Part shown: one piece after another, positions 11,953-23,498 of the stretch | Position numbering within the stretch: the stretch's first letter is position 1 | Layout of the letters: each line of letters begins with the position of its first letter | Assembly: GCF_006345805.1 (NCBI RefSeq) | Contig: NW_021833253.1 | Span: 1 to 64,000 of the forward strand | Direction of reading: 5' to 3' | Origin: Octopus sinensis | Taxonomy: Eukaryota | Length of the DNA: 64,000 nucleotides | Translations under genes and position numbers: made by a program | Notes under the pieces: generated by a model | What the model was told of the DNA's origin: nothing | Databases searched by the model: none | What the model saw: only the letters and a program-made list of their open reading frames with translations

Positions 11953-12689
11953 TATAAAAGAATGCAAAAAATGGGAGAAAATGCAAAATATCCAGACAGT
12001 TAGATGATACAAAAAAAAAAGAGACAAGAAAAAACAAGGAAGGATCATTCGGAGTTTTCTTTCCTAAGTCGAGTTCCAGATTATCTTTTCAATTTTGGCT
12101 GCTCATACTCAGGATTGCTCCAATTTGGCCATCCCCAAGGAAAACTAAGCTAAGAGCACGAGGTTCCTAGGAAGAAAGCAGTGAATGTAGATGAAAACGA
12201 GGACGAAAATGGACAAATGGTACACAAATACAAATGCAAATAATAGGACATTAACAACAGGTGTCTTTCGACTAAGGACGAATTAGATTAAGCTGGTGTG
12301 TGTGGAAGTGAAGCCTTACGGCATGGACATAAGAGATAACAGGCATGGGGAGAAATATAGATGTTGCATGGATGGTAGTCGAACCAAGAAAGAAAGGTCA
12401 GGCTTGGCCGAACACCAGTCACGTGGGGATAGAAGAGAGAGAGGTAGAGACAGAGGGACAGAAGAATTAGGGAGGGATGAGAAAAGACAGGGAGAGAGTA
12501 TGGTGAAAGAGGAGGGAAGATGAGAATGAAGAGAAAGCCAGGAAATGTGAGAGAGGGGGAATAAAAGAAAGAAGAATGGAAAGAACAAAGTAAGTGTGAA
12601 GGGGATTATAGAAAGAAAGAGAGAATGAACGAATAAGGGAGTTGTACAAAATTTAGATACATTTAGACTCCTATATGTAAGTACATATC

Positions 12690-13667
12690 ATCATTATCAT
12701 CATTTAACGTCTGCTTTCCAAGCTGGCATGAGTTGGATGATTTGACTGAGGACTAGCGAACCAGATGGCTGCACCAGGCTCCAGTCTGATCTGGCAAGGT
12801 TTCTACAGCTGAACACCCTTCCTAATGCCAACCACTCCGAGAGTGTAGTGGGTGCTTTTACATGACACCGGCATGAGGGCCAGTCTGGCAGTACTGGCAA
12901 CGGCCACGCTCAAAAGTTTTTTTCATGTGCCAGTAAGGCAACGCTAGTAACGATCATGCTCAAATAGTGCTTTTTACGTGCTACCAGCACGGAAGCCAGT
13001 CAGTTGCTCTGGCAAGGATCATGCTCAGATGGTGATCTTAGCGCTCCACTGGCATGGGTGCCAGTCATCGAATTTGATTCGATTTCGATTTCACTTGCCT
13101 CAACAGATCTTTGCAAGCAGAATTTAGTGTCCAATGAAGGAAAGGTATGCATAAGTGGGCTGGTTACACCCCTGGCATAGCCCACGGATTATAGTCTCAC
13201 TTGGTTTGCCGGGTCTTCTCACGCACTGCATATTTCCAAAGGTCTCGGTCTCTAGTCATTGCCTCTGTGAGGCCTAATGTTTGAAGGTTGTGCTTCACCA
13301 CCTCATCCCAGGCCTTCTTGGATCTACCTCTTCCACAGGTTCCCTCAATAGCTAGGGTGTGGCACTTTTTCACACAGCTATCTTCAGCCTTTCTCGCCAC
13401 ATGACCATACCAGCACAGTTGTCTCTCTTGCACACCACAACTGATGCTTCTTAGGTCTAACTTTTCTCTCAAGGTACTTACACTCTGTCGAGTATGCACA
13501 CTGACATTACACATCCAGCAGATCATGCTAGCTTCATTCCTTGCGAACTTACGCATGTCCTCTTTCTCACTGATATGTAGCATGGCTGTTCATACACATG
13601 TGTCACACAATCTACCTTTTACTCTGAGAAAAAGGCCCTTTGTCACCAGCAGAGGTAAGAGCTCTCT

Positions 13668-13668
<1 letters not shown>
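12690..13668 (-). mobile_element. RTE LINE, 3' fragment (post-RT region plus 3' UTR)
   Basis: ELLPLLVTKG..RVKGRL....WYGHVARKAEDSCVKKC...GRGRSKKAW; UTR ends in a (GAT)n-type tail; 5' end is cut by (TA)n. Confidence 0.9.

Positions 13669-13755
<87 letters not shown>
13669..13755. repeat. (TA)n microsatellite
   Basis: Directly visible; mariner target site. Confidence 0.95.
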
Positions 13756-15047
13756 CGAGGGACGTTCAATAAGTAACGCCTCTGACCCACTTGCAGTTGT
13801 TTGATCTAGCTGAAATTTTGCATGTGCAATTATTTATATCTCTATAGATTAAGTGGCAAATTACAGCTCTGAGCTAATTGTGGTTTCTGATTTACAGGTG
13901 TTTGAACTGAGTCAAGTGTGAAATGGAGCCTGTTGAGTGTCGAGCAGTGATCCGGTTTTTGTATTTGAAAGGACGCACACCACGGGAGACTTTTGATGAA
14001 ATGAAAGTAACTTATGGTAATGATGCCCCATCATATGACCTTGTAAAACTCTGGCATCGTGAATTCAAACATGGTCGGAACTCTGTGGAAACAGCTCCCA
14101 GATCTGGTCACCCCCTTCTGCCATTGATGAGGTATCTGTCCGTCAAGTTGAGGCTGCCATTTTGGAAGATCGATGCATAACTATTCGCCAAATAGCCCAT
14201 GAGGTCAAGATTAGTACCGGGTCTGTGGAAACTATCATTCATGACCATTTGCATATGCAAAAGGTGTCTGCCAGATGGATTCCCAGGTTGCTCACACCTT
14301 TCCAGAAGCAAGAACGCGTTGAGTGCTCGAGGATGAATTTGGAGATGTGCCAAGAAGATGAGTCAAAATTTTTCAAAAGACTGATTACACAGGATGAAAC
14401 TTGGGTCCATCACTATGATTCAGAGACCAAAGCCCAGTCAATGCAGTGGAAGCACCGTGACTCACCTCCTCCAAAGAAGGCAAGGGTGCAGCCCTCCGCT
14501 GGCAAGGTCATGCTCACAGTCTTCTGGGACCAGGACGGAGTAGTGATGACAGATTTCCTGGCAAAGAGTACCACAATTACAGGAGCCTATTATGCTTCAC
14601 TTTTGAGGAAATTATGAGAAGCTATCAAAATCAAGAGGTGGGGCAAGATCAGCAAAGGCATTCTCCTCCTGCAGGACAACGCTCCGGTTCACAACTCGCG
14701 TGTCGCCAGATCAGAAGCACAGGCGTGCTGCTATGAACTCCTCCCCCATCCCCCCAACGCTCCTGACCTTGCACTCTCTGATTTTCACCTCTTCCCAACC
14801 ATGAAGTTTTTTTTTAAAGGAAAGCATTTCACAGATGATGCAGCCTTGATTTCTAAAGTCACGTCGTGGTTGGAGGACGAAGCTGGGGTCTTCTACAAAA
14901 ACGGTCTCCAGCGCTGCATCAAACGATGGGAGAAATGCGTAACTCTGGGTGGTTCCTATGTAGAAAAAGACTAATAACTGTGCCAAGTTTCGTTGCTCTA
15001 CTGCTATGGGAAGTGGGTCAGGGGCATTACTTATTGAACGCCCCTCG
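13756..15047 (+). mobile_element. Mariner transposon, copy 2, 1292 bp
   Basis: TIRs CGAGGGACGTTCAATAAGTAACGC / GCATTACTTATTGAACGCCCCTCG with TA flanks; nearly identical to 978-2268. Transposase 13923-14974 has a 1-bp deletion near 14110 and AGA>TGA near 14615. Confidence 0.95.
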
Positions 15048-15069
15048 TATATATATATAAGAAAATCAT

Positions 15070-15415
15070 CCGAACGTAGCCGTAGCCAGTACCGCATCAA
15101 CTGGCCTCCGTGCTGTGGGCACGTAACAAACACCATCCAATCGTGGCTGTGCCAGCCTGGCCTGGCCTCCGTGCCGGTGGCACGTAAAAATCACCATCCG
15201 AGCGTGGCCGTTGGCCAGCCTCATCTAGCACCTGTGTCGGTGGCACATAAAAAGCACCCAGTGGTTGGCATTAGGAAGGGCATCCAGCTGTAGAAACAGT
15301 GCCAGATCTGACTGGCCTGGTGCAGCCTCCTGGCTTCCCAGACCCCAGTTGAACCGTCCAACCCATGCTAGCATGGAAAGCGGACGTTAAACGATGATGA
15401 TGATGATGATGATGA
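15070..15415 (+). mobile_element. RTE 3' UTR fragment with three ~60-bp internal repeats and (GAT)n tail
   Basis: GGCACGTAAAAA-CACC motif repeated three times; ends GGACGTTAAAC(GAT)n. Confidence 0.85.
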
Positions 15416-15432
15416 TATATATATATATATAT

Positions 15433-15723
15433 ATTATATAATTAGGGCTTAGTAAAATAAATTACTTTGCCACATACTGAACTTACTAGAAATAGCAGCC
15501 AAAAAAAAAGCTTTTTAGCCATTTCTACTACTTAAAGGAAATTTCTCTCAGATAATGTTTACTCAAAATAACTCACTTCGTGAGTTATTTTGAGTAAACA
15601 TTATCTGAGAGAAATTTCCTTTAAGTAGTAGAAATGGCTAAAAAGCTTTTTTTTTGGCTGCTATTTCTAGTAAGTTCAGTATGTGGCAAAGTAATTTATT
15701 TTACTAAGCCCTAATTATATAAT
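15433..15723. repeat. Perfect inverted repeat, 144-bp arms with 3-nt spacer (TTC, 15577-15579)
   Basis: Base-by-base mirror check, including the A9/T9 and T5/A5 runs. Confidence 0.97.
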
Positions 15724-15823
15724 GTAATATTTTGAATATTTTGAATTCGCCTTAAATGGTCCTTTTACATACTGAATACTTGGTGAAATTGATTAATAAC
15801 TAATTAATTTTACCCTCAATTGT

Positions 15824-15825
<2 letters not shown>

Positions 15826-15896
<71 letters not shown>

Positions 15897-15925
15897 GAGA
15901 GAGAGAGATACATATATATATATAT
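15826..15925. repeat. (TA)n(GA)n(TA)n microsatellite
   Basis: Directly visible. Confidence 0.95.
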
Positions 15926-17732
15926 GTATAAATGATTGCAGCAGCAAATGTTACAACTATTGAAGTTGATAATGAAACCGAAGAATACATTTTCACCTGA
16001 CCATGTAGCAAATTCCATATGACACCAAAGAATGTCAGAATTAGATGGATAATATGAAAATACATCTACTTTTAAGTAAACTAGGGACAGATGAGCATGA
16101 GAAGTATAGTATCACCAAAAAAAGCATCTGACATAAATTTCACCAACACAGTTGACATTTTGTGCAAAATGTTTAGTGAAAAGAGCTCAATGTTTATACT
16201 CGATGGAAATGTTTAAACATAGAAAAGAGCGAAGATGAAGACTTCACTACTTACACAGGCAGAGTCAACAAAGAATATGAGAGATTTAGGCAAGATATGC
16301 TTATTCCAGATTCATTCAATTGTTTGAATTTTGCATGAGGATTGACAAATAAAAGGGATGCAGAAATCCGAACATAATTTCTATCAAAACTGGAAATGAA
16401 TGAGGATTTGACATCACAGAAAGTGTCAGAAGAACGTGATAGGATATTAAAATTAAGCAATGACACGGAAGAAATTCAATGGAAAGAGTGTTTCCACATA
16501 AGACCAGTGCAAAAATGGCAGAAAACAAACAAAGTGTTGCAGATAAAACAGAAAAAGTATTGGGTTGTAGATCCATGTATGGCATGCGATGGGAAGCACT
16601 TGAAGAGTGATTGTCCATATATAAAAGCAAAGTGCTTTCACTGCAGGTTTACTGGACATATAAAATCGTACTGCAAAAGTAGACTGATATAAAAGTAGAA
16701 CAAACAAGGAAAGATAAATAGCTTGTCAGCAGGAAAAGTTACGAGCACAACAAATAGAAAATTCGTGAGAATTGAAAACACTAGTGTCTGAATGCAATTA
16801 GACATGGGATGTGATATCACAATCATAAACAAGAAAACATGGGAACAAGTGGGTAAACCAAAATTATGTAGTTCAAACAAATAATGTAGGGTGTTAAGGA
16901 ATAAAATTATATTTCACGGGAGAATGTAATATATTGTTCAAAGGCCAAACAGAAAAAGTGAATGTTTATGTGTTGAAAAAATCCATGAATTTATTTGCCA
17001 CTGAATGTATGAAGAAATTTAATTTATGGGTTACACTGATAAGAGCTTTGTGCAATAATGTAAACAGAGCAGTCAAATGATAGAACAAGGTTGATGAACT
17101 GAAACAGAAAAAGTGACAGGGGACATCCTTTGTGAACTACCAGTAACTTTGGAAGGAATAAAAAGAAATGCAAGAAATGACAAATTTATTAATGAGACAA
17201 AAAGAAAACCGTGGTCAACAAAAGGAAATGAAGAAAGGTCTGATGCAGAGAAACCTCAAGATGTGTGTACTCAATATGTGATGGTGTACTAATGTACACT
17301 CAGAGGGTGGTCATACCACAGACATTACAGAAGAGACTGCTGAAAGTGTTCCATGAGGGACTCCCAGGCATCTATAGAATGAAAGCACTGATGTGAAGTT
17401 TCGTATACTATCCAAGCAAGAACCAGGAAGTAGAAAACCTGCAGAGGATGTGTGATGGCAGTGAAAATACCATGCTCTCAATTGCATACCAATTTTGCAG
17501 GCCTGGTAAATGGATATTATTACTTAATAGTAGTGCACAGCTACACAAAATAGCCTGAGCTTGTGAGGTGTAAATGACCAACCTCATATACAGTAATAAA
17601 CTTCTCACACGAGTTGTGCACAAGATTTGGTGTACTGGATATAATTGTTTCTGATAATAGAACACAGTTTGTATCCTGCGAGATGTTCATATTAGAACAT
17701 AAAACTATAGCACCTTATCACTCTAGATCGAA
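15926..17732 (+). mobile_element. Degenerate Gypsy derivative A, part 1 (gag, CCHC, protease, integrase remnants; no RT seen)
   Basis: Gag-like LLLSKLGTDEHEKY, zinc knuckles CMACDGKHLKSDC / CFHCRFTGHIKSYC, protease-like QLDMGCDITII, integrase remnant ending ..PYHSRSN at the insertion point. Confidence 0.75.
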
Positions 17733-20235
17733 TGTTTTACATCTTTGACAAACATTGGATATATATTTAATGAAGCACAGGTAAAATCAATGTGTTCACA
17801 CAGCATACTTCATGAGACTCCAAAATGCCCTCTCAGCGATTCATACCAACCTTTTGTTTCAAGTAATACGCTACTCTTTATAAGAGTTTGGCTTGTCCAT
17901 TCTTCCAGTACCCCCAGAGGTGTCAATGACTCTCACCACAACATCTCTCCCTTTGATATTGACTTACATTGGAAGTCAATATTATTTTTATTTATTTATT
18001 TTTTCCTTTCATCACATCTCCCTGTTTGGGATTTTCCTCCTAGGAAGTTTAATATTTCTTTTGTTTAGGCACTACTTCCAACTGTTCTGTTTGTTTCCAA
18101 TTTCTTGTGCTGCCCAGCCTAGGTTCAATTTCTTGTGGTGTTTGAACATCAAAGGTGTCATAGAACACTTCCATAGGTATCTCTTTTCTTTTTTCTGTAT
18201 ATCTATTTTTTGGCTGGTTTAAACGTCTAGGTGTTCCTATTTTTCACCTCTTATCATATGTCATTTTGCCTATCCTTTTTATTACTACTCAGTCTTGTCT
18301 CCCATTTTTATATATTTTGAAAAATACCTTGTCACTGATATTAAAATACTTTGTCGTATTTTTAGCATTTTCCCTATTTGATTTTCTTACTGTTAGTATA
18401 GCTTGTCAAAAATTGACTTTATTTTTGGTGTAAACATTAGTTCCACAGGTGACTTGCCCGAAAAAGATTTTGGGTTTGGTGTTATCCGATAAACCCTCGA
18501 GAACTGTGTCAATGCTGCATCATCGATGAGCTCATTTCTTGATTTCTTTAATGCTCTCTACAGTTACACATTTCTAGCCATTTTGTAAAGCTATCTACCA
18601 TTATTAGATATGATCGGTTTAATGATCCTGTGAAATCTATGTGTAGTCTGGACCACGGAATATCGGTCTTGAGCCAAGGTTGAAATTTTCTAGTGGGTGA
18701 TTTTGCTGAAAAAGCACAACCTCTGCAAGATTTTACCACCAGCTTTTCAATATCTAGGTCCATTTTTGGCCAGTAAACATCATTCTTCATAAGTGGCTTC
18801 ATCCTAGAAATTTCTGGAAGTCCAGTGTGGAATTCCTTTAACATTCGTCCTGGTAGTGAAGTAGGCATTACAACCGTCTGTGTATGCATAAGCATATTAT
18901 TGCGTATTGAATACAGATTCAAAACTATGTTACGTCCAGCCATATGTATTTTTTTATTTATTTCTTCTGATGTCACTATTTTTTCATTTTTATGATAAAC
19001 TCGTCTGTCACTGCCTTAATTTATATTTCCTCCAATGTGACAAGCAATTCACGCACAATATTGCACAATATATTTTTTATTTCATTTTCAACTTTTAACG
19101 CTGCTATCACTATGTCTTCCAGTGGTTCACCCTATTTTGGTTTCAACCTTGACAAATCATCTGCATGTCCAATTTTTTCGGTGGCAAATACTCAAGTTTG
19201 AAGTCATAATTCAGTAGGATTGTTCCCCAGGACTGTCTTGACATTTGTTTTTCCTTTTTCTTATCCATTTCAGGTCAACATGCATGTATCTTAGAGTAAT
19301 CTTTTTCTTCAATCCTTGAACCACTTCCTGTAGAGTTAATTTTTGGTCCTGCTCTAATTTTGTTAATATACAGGATTGTATATCAGCATCTTTTCTTACA
19401 GTTAACCCTTGAACAAAAATTAGACATTTGAATAAATCCAGGGTTTATTCATTTAATTTGAATTTTTCACACTCTTTGTTAACGACCCCAAAATATGTGA
19501 TGAAATCTTCATCATCTTTTTTAACTAAATTCAAACACTGCCAACGAGTATTGAACAGGGAACTTCTTTCACTGAACATTCTAGATAACAATTTGCGTCA
19601 TCGAAACAACTCTCACCTGGTTTCTTCAGCAGAATATAATTACAGTATTTTTCGTGTTCGACAGGGGATAACTTTCTTAAAACTAGTCGCACCTTCTTCT
19701 CGTCATTCTAATGTTTACCTTCTTCTTTGAAGATTTCTTTGTATCTTCTGAAACATGCAGAAAAAGTGGTACCTTCTTCTGGGTTCATAAATAAATACTC
19801 CAATTGAGTTTGCTCCAATTGACGAGAACGAACCTGAAGTATATTCAGACTTCTTCAACGTTACTTCCAATAACTGGTGGTATTGTTGTTGTTGCTGTTG
19901 TTGCTGCAGTTGTTGATGTTGTAACTTCTCTACGCAAGCCAATAAGTCTTCCATGTTAATGATTTTTTTCTTTGATTTTATACCAAAAAAAATTTTATCA
20001 TCCGACGCAAGCTTTGAATATCTCGTCGCCATTTTTATATCCTCGTCAAACGTTGGATATATAATTTAAAGAAGCAGAGATAAAAATCAATGTGTTCTCA
20101 TGACATACTTCACAAGACTCCAAAACACCCTCTCCATGACTCCTACTGACCTTTTTGTCTCCACTAGTACGCTACTCTTTAAAATAATTTGGCTAGTCTA
20201 TTCTTCCAATCAGCCTGTGGTGTCAATGACTCTCA
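17733..20235 (-). mobile_element. Degenerate Gypsy derivative B with two LTRs, nested antisense in element A (no RT seen)
   Basis: LTR 17733-17943 (TG...CA) is homologous to 20032-20235. PBS TGGCGACGAG at 20022-20031 (minus), PPT AAAGGGAGAGA at 17944-17954 (minus), gag N-terminus with polyQ, integrase fragment (YWPKMDLDIE..C..C..PWSRLHIDF). Confidence 0.82.
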
Positions 20236-20718
20236 ATGAAAGGGCTGAGTGGTTCATGGACACTTTTAAGAGAGCTTTAAAAAGAGCTAATAAAGAGACC
20301 ATGGACAAGGTCGCAATCCAACGATTCTTAAATGTATACAGGGTAACTCTGAACTAAAATGTGCCAGAAGGAAATTCACAAGCTGAGTTAATGTTTGCCA
20401 GAGCGGTGAAGTCGGTATTCAATAAACTGTTAGCAGTGAAGAAAGAAATACATGCAGAAATAGAAATCAGATTAAGGAAAGAGTCATAGAAAAGGTTCCA
20501 ACATCATAACAAGAATTCAAAACCACAAAGGAAAGGAAGACCACTGAATTCCTAAAAGTAGACCCCAAGAAGAAAAGATATTGAGTAGATAAAAAAAGGA
20601 AGAGGTAGAGTGAATAAAAGAAATTGATTGTTAATAAAGAAATTGAAAGGCGAGATGTTGTGTAGTACAATGCCAGATAAAGCCATTCTATTGATGACTT
20701 GGGAAAATAACAATATCT
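20235..20718 (+). mobile_element. Gypsy derivative A, part 2 (integrase C-terminus, PPT, start of 3' LTR at 20656)
   Basis: NERAEWFMDTFKRAL continues the integrase broken at 17732; PPT AAAGGCGAGA is followed by TGTTGTG. The LTR is interrupted by the Penelope element and probably resumes at 23558. Confidence 0.7.
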
Positions 20719-20901
20719 ACAGATCTATATTTAAGAGATGAGGAATTATGTAAATTATTTACATTTGATGGATATTTGTCCACATTTTGTTTGTTGTTAA
20801 CATTTTGGCTGATATACTCTCCAGCCTTTATCAGGGAAATTTCAAACCTGGGTTCTCATTCCAAAGGTATTTTTTGGTGTTATTATTATTATTATTATTC
20901 A

Positions 20902-20974
20902 GGGCACTGCTTGGAATCGAACTTAGAATCTTCGGGTTAGTACCCCGCTCTCTTAACCATTATGCCATATGCCC
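20902..20974 (-). other. 73-nt tRNA-like segment (A box and B box) inside the Penelope 3' pseudo-LTR; not a functional tRNA
   Basis: GGGCATATGGCATAATGGTTAAG...CGGG-GTACTAA-CCCG...GTTCGATTCC...GTGCCC. Acceptor-like and anticodon-like stems are present (loop triplet ACT); D and T stems are imperfect. Confidence 0.7.
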
Positions 20975-23452
20975 TTGGGAAATTATGGAGTGAATTTTAG
21001 GGCCTATAAATCTAATATTCTCCTATCCTTCCTTAATACCGGTTCCCATATGCTGCTCATATCTGCACTCGGTCTGCTTAGGAGGTTGTTGTGTCCTAGC
21101 ATATGTGCTGCTTCTTTTAGTTTTCGTATTTCCAGTGGTGTTCTCTGTCTATTATTTTAACTTCATCCCACAGGGGGAGGTGGTCTCCATTTTCCCATAC
21201 ATGATCAGCTATACCCGATTTATCAGTATCTCCTCGTGTCACAGCTTTGTGATGTTCCTCTACCCTTATTTTGAGGGTGCAGCATGTTTCGCCTTTGTAT
21301 ACCCTACCCCAGGTGCATGGGATGGAGTACATGCAGTCTTTGGTCATATTCTCTTCTATTGGTGGTTTTACTCGAAGGAGATATCTGTGAAGTGTTGTAT
21401 TACTCTTGAATACTGTCCTGATGTCATATGGGCCACACATCTTTTGTATCTTTTCGGAGAAGCCTTTCACATAGGGTAGACAAACTGTGGACAGTTTATT
21501 GACCTCATCCTCTCTCTTCTTCATAATTGGAGTGGATAGTATACTTTTGGGGTTAGTTGTTGCTTAATGGATTGTTATTGAGCTTGATCATTTCTTCGTG
21601 GTGGGTATCACGATCACTACTTATATTCTTTGCTCAGTGTTTTAGACACTGAGCAATCCCTTTCTTTACACTGTATGGATGGTGGGAATTGAAGTTGAGG
21701 TATCGTCCAGTAAAGGTCAGCTTGTGGTATACGGATGTCCTGAATCCATACTTGTCCAGGAATGCCAGCTGATTGTCTTTTTCTTTTTCCATTATGAGCT
21801 GTATGGATGGCTTTATTGAGTTCAAATGGTCTAACAGCACTTGGACATCTTCCTGGTGGGGCCAGAGTATGAAGGTGTCATTAACATATCGCAGCCATAA
21901 GGTTGGTTTTAGTGGTGTTGATCCTAAAGCCAAATTCTCAAAGTATTCCATGTGTATATTGGCTATTATTGGTGATAATGGTAAACCTATAGCTAAACCC
22001 TCTTCTTGTTGATATATATCAGTGTCCATACTGAAGTAGGTAGTTTCTACACAGAAGGTCAACATTTCCATCAATTTTCTTATTGGCATACTAGTGCATT
22101 CTTTTAGATGGGTGTCTGTCACTAGTTTTTCTTGTATCACTGATAGTGCTTCACCAGTTGGGACTTTAGTGAACAGACTTATCACATCTAGACTCACCAT
22201 CTGGTTGGATTCAATGGGGGTATCCTTGGTCACTTATGTGAAGTGGGTGGAATTCTTCACGTACGAAACTGACTTTCCTGCTAATGGACTGATTATATCC
22301 ATAACGAAGTGGCTCAGTGGATAACATGCTGAACCTCTACAGCTCACTATAGGTCTTAACGGAATACCATCCTTGTGAATCTTAGGGCGACCGTACATGT
22401 GTGGTAGTTTACTGTGGTGTTGAGTCAGTTGTGTGTACTTCATTGGTGTAAAGTGATCCTTATTCTTGATCAAGATCCATGACAGCTTCCTCTTTGTTTT
22501 CAGAGTTGGGTCTTTCTTTACTTTGCTGTAGCTACCATCACTTACAAGACTTGCCAACTTTTCATAGTAGTCAGACTTGTTCATCACCACTGAAGCATTT
22601 CCCTTGTCCACTGGAAGTATTATGATGGAATTGTCACTCTGTGATCTTTTGATAGTGAACTTTTCTCCTTTAGTGGTGTTTGTTTTTGAAAGTTTTGTTT
22701 TTTCCAGTACCTGTCTCACTTTCCACCTTAGTTCACCTCCTTTAGCTTTTGGTATCTTTATGGCTATCTCTTCATTATGTCCAAGTATGGAATACGCTTG
22801 ATGGTTGTCACAAAGTTGAAACCTTTGTTAAGTACTGCTTCTTCAGAGCTTTCTAGATGTCATCTACTTACGGATTTCAGTCTTCATTCTCTGACATTCA
22901 TAAACTTCTTAATCTGGCGTGTCTTCACCATTTCAAATTCTTTCATGCACGACTTTTCTAGATCTTGTTGGATTCTCTTTCTATCATCGTCTCTGGTCAT
23001 TTTCCTAAGTAATGAAGATAACCTCTCTTTGATTTCATTATTTAGTCGATGTTTTTTCCAATGGTTGTAATGGATCCTCTCACGGACAAGGGCGTGTCCA
23101 GCCCTTTCCGCTACTCTTCTAGCTTTAAATGAATCCACTGGGGTCATTATATTCAAGCCAGGTGGTATTAGCTTCGAGTCCCTACATCTACACAGGAAAG
23201 TTAGATGGTTTGAAAGGCGAGCTAGTTTTTGATGGAGTTTCTCTATATGTCTCCATTGAAGTCTAATGTCGGCTCCATACCGATTAAATGATACAGTTCT
23301 ATATTTAAGAGATAAGGAATTATTTACATTATTTATATTTGACAGATAATTCAGTGACCTGAATAATGATAATAATAATAATAATAATAACAATAACAAC
23401 AACAACATAATAATACCTTAGGAATGAGAACCCAGGTTCAAAATTTCCCCAA

Positions 23453-23498
23453 GACACCTGATGAAGGCTGGAGGGTATATCAACCGAAATGTTGTGTT
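23453..23498 (+). ncRNA. Minimal type I hammerhead ribozyme motif in the inverted pseudo-LTR (slightly decayed)
   Basis: GACAC-CTGATGA-A-GGCTG(gagggtatat)CAACC-GAAA-TGTT-GTGTT; stem I is GACAC/GTGTT. The sister copy at ~20797-20835 (minus) has perfect GGCTG/CAGCC but a decayed core. Confidence 0.72.

Noticed and set aside
12040-12300. Possible further hammerhead relic in a PLE-like non-coding repeat
   Set aside because: No CUGANGA core on either strand.
20902-20974. Functional tRNA-Ser(ACT) gene
   Set aside because: D and T stems are broken, there is no long variable arm, and it is embedded in a retroelement repeat.
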